Virus record (IMG/VR): IMGVR_UViG_3300009408_000001
Span: 64,001-128,000 of that record
Length of the DNA stretch: 64,000 nt
Strand: one strand, 5' to 3'
From: a virus
The translations under genes and the position numbers were made by a program. The notes beneath the pieces are model-generated. The model was not told the DNA's origin and made no database searches. It saw only the letters and a program-made list of their open reading frames with translations. Positions 1 to 9,727 of the stretch are shown one piece after another. Numbering within the stretch: position 1 is the stretch's first letter; every line of letters starts with the position of its first letter.

Positions 1-823
1 CATCCCATACTGGTACCAGAGTTAGTGTTGCGTTAACAATAATGTCGGGTACACGTTCTTGCCAGTACTCTGGACTTCTGCCAGTTGTGGAGAGTAGGAA
101 ATCCCGAATGGCTACCATCTGGTTTTCACGTACAGCCGCTTGTCTGCCGTATTCCAACAGTACCCAGGTTAGGACCAGACTTTCCCCTGTGACGGTATCA
201 TACCAGTTAAGCTTAATCGTTGACTGTGCAGTGGGTGGAGATGAACCCTTAGCCACCGAAATGCTTTCTAACATCGTGGTGATGTCTTGCTTAGCCAATG
301 CGGTTTTAAGGTACGTCGCCCCCTGTGCCAGATCCATCACATTCGGAACGGGGGGTATTACCCGTAATTCATGTTCATCGTATTCTGTTTGGAGTGCTTG
401 GTCTGACAACCACACCCGGATATCGACACTGATGCCTTCACTTTCCATCGTCCACGAAATCCAGGACGGTAAGGTTGTGTCAGCCGTGGTTACGGCAGGA
501 CCGGTGTTTGGGTTGTAAAGATCCGCATTGCGACTGCCGAGTTGCGCCGTAAAAGAAATGTCGGGCTGCGCAGTTGTAACAAAGTCGTTCAGGATTCGAA
601 GGGTAGCGGCTTCTATCGCTGCTGTAACAGGCTCATCGTATTTCTCGGTCTTTGATGAAAACACAACCAAAGATACTGCTGGATACCTGGGGTCAGCCAA
701 ATTCGTCTTTGTTGTACTGTAAGTACGACTGTGGATGGAAAGTTCTCCGAGGGGGGATGTGTTTCCTACCTCACCGTCCAGTAAATCGTTGATTATGCAA
801 AACGCCTTTAATGTATAACTCAC
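1..823 (-). CDS. phiKZ-like virion structural protein (3' end runs off the window)
   Basis: Not in the ORF track. GTG at 821-823 with AGGAG 7 nt upstream; open frame read manually to base 1 (MSYTLKAFCIINDLLDGEVGNTSPLGELS...). The N-terminus resembles conserved phiKZ-like virion proteins. Confidence 0.7.
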   Translation of the reverse strand, partial: MSYTLKAFCIINDLLDGEVGNTSPLGELSIHSRTYSTTKTNLADPRYPAVSLVVFSSKTEKYDEPVTAAIEAATLRILNDFVTTAQPDISFTAQLGSRNADLYNPNTGPAVTTADTTLPSWISWTMESEGISVDIRVWLSDQALQTEYDEHELRVIPPVPNVMDLAQGATYLKTALAKQDITTMLESISVAKGSSPPTAQSTIKLNWYDTVTGESLVLTWVLLEYGRQAAVRENQMVAIRDFLLSTTGRSPEYWQERVPDIIVNATLTLVPVWD

Positions 824-886
824 AGCCGTGGCTCCTATTTATGTATAGAATCTTCTTAATTTTAGCATTCGCTGCTAATCTTCTGT

Positions 887-899
887 ACCCAACATTACC
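887..899 (+). promoter_or_regulatory. Putative phage early-type promoter core (ACCCAACATTACC)
   Basis: Shares the CATTACC core with the cassette promoters; intergenic, just upstream of the RBS of 921..1337. Confidence 0.4.
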
Positions 900-920
900 C
901 TTTATTATGGAGATAGTATC

Positions 921-1337
921 ATGTCCAATCATCCTGGCATCAATTATGTAATGAACCGAGAGTTCACAGTGAGCCTTGGTTCATTACTCGGGTTCCTACT
1001 CGTTGCGATCATTGGCTTCATTACTGTCTCCATGGTATTTGGTACTGAACGTGCAGAAGCAACCTCAAAGACACAGATTGAATTACCCACAGTACCCACC
1101 GCTAAAGTGACCGCTGACTTATCCTTAATGGCCATCTTTAACGACTATAACGATCAACTCACCACGATCCACCACGGAGATACACACAATGAAGTTCCTG
1201 CTAACTCTATTGGCAGTGCTGCTAGTAACAGCATGTACGGTTACCCTACCGCCAGTTGCACCGACACCCCCGGTCAAACCACAGCGAGTGGAAGTCACGG
1301 TACTGGTGAAGAACCCAATCCCAGTTGTACAACCTAA
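921..1337 (+). CDS. N-terminally anchored membrane protein (possible i-spanin)
   Basis: GGAG RBS; one hydrophobic helix LGSLLGFLLVAIIGFITVSMVFG; 3' end overlaps a lipoprotein gene. Confidence 0.6.
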   Translation: MSNHPGINYVMNREFTVSLGSLLGFLLVAIIGFITVSMVFGTERAEATSKTQIELPTVPTAKVTADLSLMAIFNDYNDQLTTIHHGDTHNEVPANSIGSAASNSMYGYPTASCTDTPGQTTASGSHGTGEEPNPSCTT

Positions 1338-1611
1338 ACCCAGAGTTCGCACGGTATACAAAGAAAGGGTAGTGTATCGCGATAAGAAAGCTAAAGGGTG
1401 TACATTGTCCTCGGATGACCTGCGGATCATTGGCAGGATCAAGAGCTGGCAGAAGGGTAAGCCAGTCGGACAAACTCAAAAATTAGGGTGGGTGAATAAC
1501 CCACGGGACGCCATCATCTACTTCAAAAGACGAGCACTGTACTCAGAGAAGTTCGTTACAACCTACATGCGGGATGTCGAGGAGGCTATCAAACGTGTTA
1601 AGTGCCATTGA
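1189..1611 (+). CDS. Lipoprotein (possible o-spanin)
   Basis: Signal peptide MKFLLTLLAVLLVTA|C with lipobox VTAC, then a Pro-rich linker; starts inside 921..1337 in another frame. Confidence 0.7.
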   Translation: MKFLLTLLAVLLVTACTVTLPPVAPTPPVKPQRVEVTVLVKNPIPVVQPKPRVRTVYKERVVYRDKKAKGCTLSSDDLRIIGRIKSWQKGKPVGQTQKLGWVNNPRDAIIYFKRRALYSEKFVTTYMRDVEEAIKRVKCH

Positions 1612-2989
1612 GATTCCGGAGAATCGAGTAAAACACTGTGACATCTACACAGACGGCGGAGCGAGACCATCCCGAGGTAAAGGCGGATGGGGATACTGGG
1701 GGCACGATGAGAACGGTACCACCTATTCTGGGTTGGGCTATGTCGGCGACATGGTTACGAATAACCGAGCAGAGCTGACAGGCTTTATACGTGCAATGGA
1801 AACCGCGTTGCACTTACGGTGGCAGAGCTTACACATCTACTCTGACTCGCAGTACGTCCTAAAAGGCTCTAAGTCATTCATCAAGGGGTGGTTACGAAAC
1901 GGTTGGGTAAACGCTAAGGGGGAACCTGTATCTAACAAGGATTTATGGTTAGAGATCATTGCCCTTAAGAAGAAGCTCAAAGAAGAAGGAATCAAGTTTA
2001 AGACCAGTAAGGTCAAAGCACACAGTGGGGTATACGGGAATGAGATGGCAGATGCAAATGCCACTCGTGCGATTGAACGGGGTTCACAGGGTGAGACAGG
2101 TGAGACACTGGACATTGTCTTTAAGGAAGACGAGGTTAGGAAGTTAAAACCGTGTGACTGTAACAAGTTGATCTACGGTAAGACCATCCTCTATACCACC
2201 CGTGTTTCAAACGTACTTGAAGACGGTAGGACCTCTTACCTGTTAAACAGTTTCTCAGGGAAGTTTGAAGAAGGTGTAAGAACCGGACTCTTGGCAGCTG
2301 AGTCAGTGTATGGGTGTGTGTTAACTAAAACACCAGTGACCGCATTAGATGTACTCCGTGACAGACAGGACATTGTAACACCTTCGGACTTTGTTCACCC
2401 TGCGTCGATCTTGTTAGCGAACGTTGTAAAGCCAGCAGTATGGGATGACCTAAAAGAGAACGGTACTCTTCACATTGTAGCACGTAGGCTTAACCTGACG
2501 ACCGCAGATGACATTATGTTAACCTACTTCCACAAACCTGCACGACATGCAATGCGAGGACGACAGTACGCAACGGTTGTTAAAGCACGACTATTGGACT
2601 TATCCAGTGGCAACAACGGTAACATGACTCGGATTGACATAACCGATGAGATATTTAAACCAGTACCATCTGTTCCAGAAACCAATGGAAAGAAGAGTAA
2701 GAAGAAAGTAAAGAAACCCGTACGAGCGCTTGTTCCTTCCGTACGAAAACAAAACCACTGCAAGGTGAACGTACCACATGGCAAGTTAACCATACCAGTC
2801 GTATTAACATGGGGACACGATATCCCTCCTGTAAACAACTTGTCTGCGTTAGGCAAGACTAATCCCGAACTCAAAGTTGAGGTTATCAAGTATGAAGAAG
2901 GAAAGGACAGTTTCAGATACGCGATCTACATCGAAACAAATGATTCAACAGCACTGTACGCCGCAGCATCTAACCTAAGGGTAGCATAG
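1574..2989 (+). CDS. rnh: RNase HI with C-terminal extension (phiKZ gp155-like)
   Basis: IYTDGGA, TNNRAELTG, IYSDSQYV and VKAHSG..GNEMADANA are RNase H motifs; adjacent to UvsX as in phiKZ. Confidence 0.92.
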   Translation: MSRRLSNVLSAIEIPENRVKHCDIYTDGGARPSRGKGGWGYWGHDENGTTYSGLGYVGDMVTNNRAELTGFIRAMETALHLRWQSLHIYSDSQYVLKGSKSFIKGWLRNGWVNAKGEPVSNKDLWLEIIALKKKLKEEGIKFKTSKVKAHSGVYGNEMADANATRAIERGSQGETGETLDIVFKEDEVRKLKPCDCNKLIYGKTILYTTRVSNVLEDGRTSYLLNSFSGKFEEGVRTGLLAAESVYGCVLTKTPVTALDVLRDRQDIVTPSDFVHPASILLANVVKPAVWDDLKENGTLHIVARRLNLTTADDIMLTYFHKPARHAMRGRQYATVVKARLLDLSSGNNGNMTRIDITDEIFKPVPSVPETNGKKSKKKVKKPVRALVPSVRKQNHCKVNVPHGKLTIPVVLTWGHDIPPVNNLSALGKTNPELKVEVIKYEEGKDSFRYAIYIETNDSTALYAAASNLRVA

Positions 2990-2998
2990 CTACCCGTG

Positions 2999-3024
2999 CC
3001 CACCGAGCCATTAGGTTCGGTGGG
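2999..3024. terminator. Hairpin between convergent genes
   Basis: CCCACCGAGCC-ATTA-GGTTCGGTGGG inverted repeat. Confidence 0.6.
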
Positions 3025-3038
3025 TAGGTATGCTGTAC

Positions 3039-3866
3039 TTATACTACATCGTGTAATTTTTTTTGTGCTAGGTCGTACGTGCCCTGTAGTACGGTGACGC
3101 TGTAAACCAGGGCGGATAACATTTCGGTTTCTTCTGCTGCTGCTGTCACTGCCATTGCTAACTTGTTGATGGCTTGTCGGTTCGTTGGAACAACTGACCT
3201 ATCCTTACTGGCTTGCTCTACGAACAGACGTAACATCCTAGATAGATCCTCTTCACCCCGTAGGATCTTTGGAATAGAGATAGCATTTACTTTCTTCTCT
3301 ACCTTGGAGATGACGTCTGCGGTTTTGAGGAAATCGGTTCCAGTGGCGTACGCTTCTGAGAAGGGGACGTTGCCACTACCTGACGAACGAGCACCCTTTC
3401 TTTCAAAGTGTTTTGCCAGGCGTTTCTTATCCTTCTTAACGTCTCGCATTACCAGGTCTTTATCTGTCCAGATTTTAGGAATCTGGTCCGGGTCACCCAT
3501 AACTGCCTTAAGGTACATCTCTAAGGGTTTATACAGTCGAGAATAAATGTCACTATAGTCCTCAACCATGTCTTCCAGAGTGCGGGCGTATGGGAGTACC
3601 ATTGAGCGTAAACCAGTGGGCGCGGCAATCACGATCTCTTCCAGACCAAGGTCATCTACCTTTGGAAGACGTTTACGCAGGTACGATGACACTACGATTG
3701 TGTCGGAAAGGGGAGATAAGGTTTTAGCTGCGTCAGCAAACGCACTGGTAATCTTAACAGTGTATTTGTCCATGAAGCCTACAATGTCGGCGAAACCTTC
3801 CATGGCTACTAGGTCTGGGTAGTCTGCTGGCAGTAACCCACTTGAAAACTCTGCATTAGAGGACAT
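3039..3866 (-). CDS. Putative head protein with short propeptide (phiKZ gp153-like position)
   Basis: Likely start MSSNAEF at 3866 (the ORF-track start at 4025 overlaps uvsX); VAME|GF motif near the N-terminus; lies between RNase H and UvsX. Confidence 0.7.
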   Translation of the reverse strand: MSSNAEFSSGLLPADYPDLVAMEGFADIVGFMDKYTVKITSAFADAAKTLSPLSDTIVVSSYLRKRLPKVDDLGLEEIVIAAPTGLRSMVLPYARTLEDMVEDYSDIYSRLYKPLEMYLKAVMGDPDQIPKIWTDKDLVMRDVKKDKKRLAKHFERKGARSSGSGNVPFSEAYATGTDFLKTADVISKVEKKVNAISIPKILRGEEDLSRMLRLFVEQASKDRSVVPTNRQAINKLAMAVTAAAEETEMLSALVYSVTVLQGTYDLAQKKLHDVV

Positions 3867-3955
3867 GATGTTTCTTCCCTTATTTTGAAAGGACAGCATT
3901 AATAGAATGTACGGAGATTGCTCTCCACCCTGATATACAATACTAAGGAAGCGAC

Positions 3956-5359
3956 ATGCTGAACATGCCACGTGCAAAACGAATAATCCCCAGGTACAAC
4001 ATGGGGTGTACACTGGATATACCAACGGGTTCCTTTGTAAAGGGTCGTCATGGTAATGCTATTTTGAATGGTGGACTTGTACCCGTTAGCGGAATCGTGG
4101 GTCCAGGTAACGTAGGTAAGTCAGAACTGGTTAACTTGTACATGACTACCTTACTGGGTCGGTACGAGAACAGCTTTGGTCACACGTACGATACTGAAGT
4201 ATCCATGCAGTATGAACGACTGGAACGAAGTCTGAGTAAGTACCCTGCCTTCGATGACGTCATTCTGGATGAAGAGAATGATCGGTACCTAATGGTAACT
4301 TCTGACCAACTGTGGGGCGATGAATGGTTCCAGCTCTATAAAGACAAGCTTAAAGAACGCAGTGTGGCTAAATATCCACTTAGAGAAAGTCCGTTCATGG
4401 ACATGTTGGGAAAACCCATCCTGGTTAAAGACCCTTTCTTTTCGGTGATCGATAGTCTGACACAGTTCCAGATAAAGAAACTCGTTGTAGATGGTATTGA
4501 GTCCAAAGCACTAGGTGACAGTAAGAATAACATGTTCTTTGCCCACGACGGTAAAGAGAAGACGTTGCTCATCACACAAACCCCTAACCTAACCGCCAAA
4601 GCGGGTGCCTCACTCATGACAGTCGCTCACGTCGGGGTTAAGATGGAAATTGATACATACGCTGCGCCTCCACCTAAACTCACTCACAGTGGTCGTGGTA
4701 GAAGCACAAAGGGCGTTCCTGAAAAGTATCAGTCCATCAACGGACATGTGATTGAGATCTTAGGCACTGGGATCCTTAACAACAGCAGTAAGGACAAATC
4801 TTGCAGGTACCCGTTACACACGCGTGACCGTGTAGAAGGTGCTGTTGATTTACTCCTGATGCGGGGGGTGTCTACCCGTAATAAGTACGGTCCCTCAGGT
4901 GTAACTTACAACTTTGTTATCTCTCAGTCCGAGGGTATTGACCCCTTGCTTACCGAGTTCCATCACAACAAGATGTATAATACAAACGGCATCGGTTTTG
5001 GAATGCACGGAAACACACAGAACTACGCGCTTGACTTGCTTCCAGAATGTAAGCTTTCTAGAACGGTTATCCGCAAAAAGTTAGCAGAGGTTCCAGAACT
5101 GGGCGTTGCAAATGGCCTTACATGTGACTTACTACAGATGCAGCAACTGTGGGGACCTGACAAGTTAGACCCCGCTATTAACTGTACTCCCCAGGAGTTA
5201 TATGACGACATTAAGAAACTAGGATACGACTGGTCGGAACTTCTTAAAACCAGACGACACTGGGTATACCCAGAGTTTGAAGATAAAGAACTCCCTCAGC
5301 TTACCATCATGGACCTGCTGTTAATGCGGGCTGGCGAATACAAACCATACTGGATGTAA
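3956..5359 (+). CDS. uvsX: UvsX/RecA-like recombinase (phiKZ gp152-like)
   Basis: Walker A GPGNVGKS, YDTE and VIDSLT (Walker B-like); length and synteny match. Confidence 0.85.
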   Translation: MLNMPRAKRIIPRYNMGCTLDIPTGSFVKGRHGNAILNGGLVPVSGIVGPGNVGKSELVNLYMTTLLGRYENSFGHTYDTEVSMQYERLERSLSKYPAFDDVILDEENDRYLMVTSDQLWGDEWFQLYKDKLKERSVAKYPLRESPFMDMLGKPILVKDPFFSVIDSLTQFQIKKLVVDGIESKALGDSKNNMFFAHDGKEKTLLITQTPNLTAKAGASLMTVAHVGVKMEIDTYAAPPPKLTHSGRGRSTKGVPEKYQSINGHVIEILGTGILNNSSKDKSCRYPLHTRDRVEGAVDLLLMRGVSTRNKYGPSGVTYNFVISQSEGIDPLLTEFHHNKMYNTNGIGFGMHGNTQNYALDLLPECKLSRTVIRKKLAEVPELGVANGLTCDLLQMQQLWGPDKLDPAINCTPQELYDDIKKLGYDWSELLKTRRHWVYPEFEDKELPQLTIMDLLLMRAGEYKPYWM

Positions 5360-5360
5360 A

Positions 5361-5723
5361 ATGACTAAAATACCCGACATGCTTACCGTTATACATGGCA
5401 AGTTACTAGACCACGTTGATGACGTAGGTCCGGAAATCTTCATCCGAGACGCAACGAACAGTCTTGGTGACTTAAGTAAAGCGGAGGAATGGTACAGGCA
5501 GGAAGACATTCGCAGTTGGATTGCATTGTACTTCGTGAATCAAGTTGTCAATGCAAACGTGCAAACGGAAGTACCTGGCGTATTTCGCCTTGCGTACGCC
5601 ACCTGTGACACCGACTTCTTAGACATCTTTGAAACATCCGTTCTCCCTGCGTTTGTCAATTTACCGATTGTGGGCGTTGACATTCCACCACCACGAGGAA
5701 GTAAGTATGAGCAATCGTACTAA
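5361..5723 (+). CDS. Hypothetical protein
   Basis: Tightly packed between uvsX and the vRNAP subunit on the same strand. Confidence 0.75.
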   Translation: MTKIPDMLTVIHGKLLDHVDDVGPEIFIRDATNSLGDLSKAEEWYRQEDIRSWIALYFVNQVVNANVQTEVPGVFRLAYATCDTDFLDIFETSVLPAFVNLPIVGVDIPPPRGSKYEQSY

Positions 5724-6381
5724 AGTAGAAGCCCTGTGGATAAAGGCGATTGATTCATACGAAGGAGGAACGGTCTCTACGACAATACTGAAGGACATCT
5801 TAAAGGACATGTCGGACAAAATGTTCGAGGCCCTCATGGCAGACTTCCGGGACGGTAACCAGTTTCCATTCATAATGGAGCCCCCTGGTGGGGAGGTTAA
5901 ACTCAGTCCTGAAAAAGGACAGGCGGCCTGTAAGAAAGCCGGAATCAATTTGTACCAACGGGTTAAGTACACGGACGCAGTTACAGGTGACGTTATCCTT
6001 ACACCGGATGAACACATGTGTTACATGCTTTCTGTTCGTCGACAAAATCAGCACTGGGAAAAGAAGAACTCCATTCCAGAAGGAGATACGACCATTGACC
6101 ACGTAACCGGTCAGGTAACTGGGACAGATAAGGGTTCCCGTTTGTCTATTCCTGAGGTACAAATCCTAGAAGCCAAGGGATTAAAGAAATCCATCCTGGA
6201 GATGATCAAAGTCAACGGGGGCGATAGGGAAGCCTCTCAGTCTATGAAGAAATCCATCCGGGAAACCGGTGGGTTTGCACTAGAGCCAATCATAGAGGCG
6301 GGTACAAAACCCACGGTAACCAAGTCACTTAAAGCGTACCTATTTGCAATGGGTCTGGATAACACGGTAGGTAAACAATGA
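5707..6381 (+). CDS. Virion RNA polymerase beta subunit, C-terminal part (phiKZ gp149-like)
   Basis: ATG at 5707 after GAGGA; motifs LSVRRQNQHWEKKNSIP, DHVTGQVTG..KGSRLSIPE and MIKVNGGD typical of this split subunit. Confidence 0.85.
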   Translation: MSNRTKVEALWIKAIDSYEGGTVSTTILKDILKDMSDKMFEALMADFRDGNQFPFIMEPPGGEVKLSPEKGQAACKKAGINLYQRVKYTDAVTGDVILTPDEHMCYMLSVRRQNQHWEKKNSIPEGDTTIDHVTGQVTGTDKGSRLSIPEVQILEAKGLKKSILEMIKVNGGDREASQSMKKSIRETGGFALEPIIEAGTKPTVTKSLKAYLFAMGLDNTVGKQ

Positions 6382-6872
6382 AAACCAATGTAATCTCAAC
6401 AGTCGAAGTAGAAGAATACCTCGATAAAGCAGTGCGTGTCATGCAAACCCACATGACAATAGAAGAAGTACTGTCCGGTAAGGAGTCTACGTTACCGGCG
6501 TCCATTCTACGTGCCTCTATGGGGGTTCCAATCGACAGCCTGTTGGCATCGCCTGAGACCGCCACTAACTACATCAGTAGACTTGAGAAGTCTGAGAAAG
6601 AGAAGCTGCTTTCTCTGTACAGCCGACTTATGTGTAGGATACCCACCCCCAGTGTAAAAGAAGTATCCGCAGTTTTCGCACAGGGTGCATGGGTACATCA
6701 TGTGGTGTCGTCAAATGACCGGCATCCGGTGGAGACGTTAACTACCTTGGCAGAAGCTAACTTGGTAAAGTACCCGATTCTGTTTGTGTCCGCTTTGTTC
6801 TCTAATCTGTCAGCGGAACAATATACAAAGCTTGGGGTGATTTCATCTAACAAGAGATCGAGGATCCGATGA
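6378..6872 (+). CDS. Hypothetical protein
   Basis: ATGA overlaps with both neighbours. Confidence 0.75.
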   Translation: MKTNVISTVEVEEYLDKAVRVMQTHMTIEEVLSGKESTLPASILRASMGVPIDSLLASPETATNYISRLEKSEKEKLLSLYSRLMCRIPTPSVKEVSAVFAQGAWVHHVVSSNDRHPVETLTTLAEANLVKYPILFVSALFSNLSAEQYTKLGVISSNKRSRIR

Positions 6873-7564
6873 GTTCCCGTCCGAATAGAAAGATCCTTGT
6901 TACCCTTGATTCTCTCCAGGACACATTCTTATCCACCTTATACCTGGCTAACCCAGAAGCAACCATGGCGTGTCTGGAGAACGGTAAGTACCATCGCCGT
7001 TTTTCCAACCGGGCTAGCTTGTTGGACAACCGGTTTGACGACAAGGAGGTTGAACGCCTGTGGAAGAACCGAGGGATGGAGACACTGATGTCGTCCGTCT
7101 GTACGGGGATCGTTCAGGAGATTCAGAAGACGGTGAAAGAGGCTCGTACAGGTGAGGAATCACCTACCCCTACTAAGGTGGAGATACATGTGGACTATGC
7201 TCCGTATCCGCTGGAGGACGGGGAGGTAGCACAGTACGCTCACATCCTGGGTAACCTGTTCGTATGTGATGCTCTCTCTATGGTTAGCTATGGAACGGCT
7301 AACCTTACACCAGCTGGATTGTCTGGATACGACATATGTGTATATCACGAGTACAACGACTGGTTCACCACACACGTAAATACATTACCCAATGGTGAGA
7401 TGCATGAGGTGGAGTTTTGCTTTCCAGAGTTAGTTTCTGCGAAGATGGACGAATGGAAAGATGAGCTACGTGGGTACCTGGCGTTTCATGCCGTGTCTCT
7501 CATGAGTGAGTTCTGTAGACCTAAGTGCATGCCCCTGGCACTGTACAGTGCTCGACACAATTAA
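6869..7564 (+). CDS. Conserved phiKZ-like hypothetical protein
   Basis: Translationally coupled; ILVTLDSLQDTFLSTL N-terminus resembles a family found next to gp149 homologs. Confidence 0.75.
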   Translation: MSSRPNRKILVTLDSLQDTFLSTLYLANPEATMACLENGKYHRRFSNRASLLDNRFDDKEVERLWKNRGMETLMSSVCTGIVQEIQKTVKEARTGEESPTPTKVEIHVDYAPYPLEDGEVAQYAHILGNLFVCDALSMVSYGTANLTPAGLSGYDICVYHEYNDWFTTHVNTLPNGEMHEVEFCFPELVSAKMDEWKDELRGYLAFHAVSLMSEFCRPKCMPLALYSARHN

Positions 7565-7569
7565 GGGAC

Positions 7570-7578
7570 TATATTACC
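7570..7578 (+). promoter_or_regulatory. TATATTACC, phiKZ early-promoter consensus
   Basis: Exact TATATTAC in a short intergenic gap, followed by a hairpin (CCACGC-ACTTAA-GCGTGG). Confidence 0.45.
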
Positions 7579-7618
7579 AATGTGAGCATAGATACCACGC
7601 ACTTAAGCGTGGCATTGT

Positions 7619-7996
7619 TTATGGACTCATCTTCTTCTCAACAAACTCTTCAAAGGTTACTGAGGATACTTCCGTGGATAACTCCCCCTCTATTGGTTCG
7701 AAGGCATCCAGTGCTGACGCGTCAATTCGTTCACCCTCTACTACGTTTGGACCCGGTGGTACCATCCCTGGAGAAGTGGCCTTGGATACCATAAGTAACA
7801 GCGCACCTGCCAGTTCTGTTTTAGCCTTTACACTGTCTCCGTCTACGTTTATTCGGAGTTGTGCGGTAGAGGTTTGTGACATGCTTGACAGGAGCATAAT
7901 CCGTGTTCTCGGGTCAAGGTCATCAGCAGCAAGCGCCAGTCGTTCTCTTTGAACGTAATCTAACATTGTTTGCGGGTCTGTTTTTACCGTACTCAT
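7619..7996 (-). CDS. Hypothetical protein
   Basis: GGAGAACACCA-ATG RBS; protein-like composition. Confidence 0.75.
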   Translation of the reverse strand: MSTVKTDPQTMLDYVQRERLALAADDLDPRTRIMLLSSMSQTSTAQLRINVDGDSVKAKTELAGALLLMVSKATSPGMVPPGPNVVEGERIDASALDAFEPIEGELSTEVSSVTFEEFVEKKMSP

Positions 7997-8026
7997 TGGT
8001 GTTCTCCAGATATAAGGGACCAGGAT

Positions 8027-8545
8027 ATGTTTGGTTTTTTACTGCGTATGGTCCATGTAATCAAGGTAGATTACTACACGTTTACACTACATACGTATCC
8101 AAAGAATATATACTCCCCCGGGCGTACCCGGGTGGAGATGCAATTATGCAAGCTCATCCTAAGTCGTCGAAACGATACGGTTCACCCGTTACACGGGGAA
8201 TACATCACCTGTACAGCCATAAGTCTACCCGGGTATAGGAAGGCACTGGCTAACAACCTAATCGCCTTACAGGGTAATCGTACGAGACTTGGAACAGATG
8301 CCACCTACATGTCCACCTTTCCAGTAAAGCGAAGCCTGGGAGAGTGGTTATGGCCAACACGACGGGACAACAACTACACCTTATCCACCGTAATACACGA
8401 CATACATGCTAGCCTGACGGTCATCATGTCCACGATAGAAAAGGAGGAGGAAGCTCTCACTAGAAAACAACTGGAAACATGGTGTACCGACCTCACTGTA
8501 ATTAACAGTGAGTTAACCCGGGTACTGATTACAGTACCCAATTAA
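8027..8545 (+). CDS. Hypothetical protein
   Basis: ATG at 8027 after AGGA, in frame with the track ORF; divergent from 7619..7996. Confidence 0.65.
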   Translation: MFGFLLRMVHVIKVDYYTFTLHTYPKNIYSPGRTRVEMQLCKLILSRRNDTVHPLHGEYITCTAISLPGYRKALANNLIALQGNRTRLGTDATYMSTFPVKRSLGEWLWPTRRDNNYTLSTVIHDIHASLTVIMSTIEKEEEALTRKQLETWCTDLTVINSELTRVLITVPN

Positions 8546-8563
8546 TTCCCAGGAGAACTCTCT

Positions 8564-9235
8564 GTGGCGAATAGACGAGGTGTATCAAAAATACACCAGA
8601 TGATTGGCGATATACAGTCTGGGCGACAACCCAGACCATCTTCTATACTCCTTAGCCTTGTGTGTAAGAGTTTCTTTTCACTGGAAGTGAATGGTCCAAA
8701 GTGGGAGAAACTGGTTTCACTCTGGCAAGGAGCTAACTCAAAGGTACTAGGAAAGAAAGCCGCTACCTCCTTAAAGGGGAACCTTGAACAGGCAATTACA
8801 CGCGGCGGCATGTCCTGGTCCATATGGTATCGCTTTATACAAACCATGAACGCGGAGCACCGGTTCAAACGCATCAGGTTTACAGTGACATTCACTGACC
8901 GACAGGATAACGACATTTCAGTATGGACCGACCTAGTAGATAGGGAAGTCGGACTGGGAGACGTAGGTTTGTCAGAAGGAACACTTAATCCAGATGTTAA
9001 GGTACTTAACCCTGGGACCACGGTTGTCCCTGGGACGGTATATTTCGTGACTGACTTTAAGGACTCGAAACTTAATGGCCTTAGTCTGAAGTATACGGGT
9101 AACCACCCGGTAGAAGTACTGGACGGTGACCTTACTGGATTATCTCGGGTAGGCAGTATAATCATGACTGCATCTGGGAATATCGACAATAACTGGAGTG
9201 TTGAAAAGAATGCAGATGGAGTCGACAATGAATAA
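8564..9235 (+). CDS. phiKZ-like conserved hypothetical protein (possible DNA-binding)
   Basis: GTG start with AGGAG; GNLEQAITRGGMSWSIWYRFI resembles a recurrent jumbo-phage family. Confidence 0.7.
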   Translation: MANRRGVSKIHQMIGDIQSGRQPRPSSILLSLVCKSFFSLEVNGPKWEKLVSLWQGANSKVLGKKAATSLKGNLEQAITRGGMSWSIWYRFIQTMNAEHRFKRIRFTVTFTDRQDNDISVWTDLVDREVGLGDVGLSEGTLNPDVKVLNPGTTVVPGTVYFVTDFKDSKLNGLSLKYTGNHPVEVLDGDLTGLSRVGSIIMTASGNIDNNWSVEKNADGVDNE

Positions 9236-9680
9236 GGACACCCGTGGGATCATTACTGCGGTTGCGTCAGGTGACTACGATTATGTCTTACACGGGTGTA
9301 ACTGTTTTAACCGATTGGGTCCAGTCGTGGCTAAGTTACTGGCCGATGAATACCCAGAAGTAAAGCGAGCAGACCAGGCAACTGTCTACGGTGATCGGAA
9401 TAAGTTGGGAACCGTATCGTGGGCTAAGGTTGATAACGGGACGGTAATTGTGAACGTGTACTTGCAATACCGGTACGGTCCAGCCAGACAACATCACTTA
9501 GATTACGTTGCCCTACGACGAGCACTCCTATACTTGACAATGGTGTATCCGGACGTCCTAAGTAGCAAAGTAGCATTCCCTAGGATCGGAACGGGAAACG
9601 CCGGTGGTAGGTGGGGGAAGGTTAGGAACATCCTTACTGAATTACTCCCTACATCGGAGCTTACACTTATAACCACGTGA
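9228..9680 (+). CDS. Macrodomain (ADP-ribose binding/hydrolase) protein
   Basis: HGCNCF, IVNVYLQY.YG, LDYVALRRAL and FPRIGTGNAGG motifs. Confidence 0.88.
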   Translation: MNKDTRGIITAVASGDYDYVLHGCNCFNRLGPVVAKLLADEYPEVKRADQATVYGDRNKLGTVSWAKVDNGTVIVNVYLQYRYGPARQHHLDYVALRRALLYLTMVYPDVLSSKVAFPRIGTGNAGGRWGKVRNILTELLPTSELTLITT

Positions 9681-9684
9681 TAAA

Positions 9685-9713
9685 GGAACGCCCTTAGGGG
9701 TGTTTCTTTTTTT
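9685..9713 (+). terminator. Rho-independent terminator
   Basis: GGAACGCCC-TTAG-GGGTGTTTC followed by a T tract. Confidence 0.8.
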
Positions 9714-9727
9714 GGAGTATTCCAGAA

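Noticed and set aside
42-518. 158-aa plus-strand ORF, and the many long antisense ORFs over core genes (e.g. 12890..13618, 16100..16765, 61262..61780)
   Set aside because: They shadow well-supported opposite-strand genes, lack RBSs and have off-frame Ser/Thr-rich composition.
3867-4025. N-terminal extension of ORF 3039..4025
   Set aside because: Overlaps the uvsX start; a better RBS precedes the ATG at 3866.
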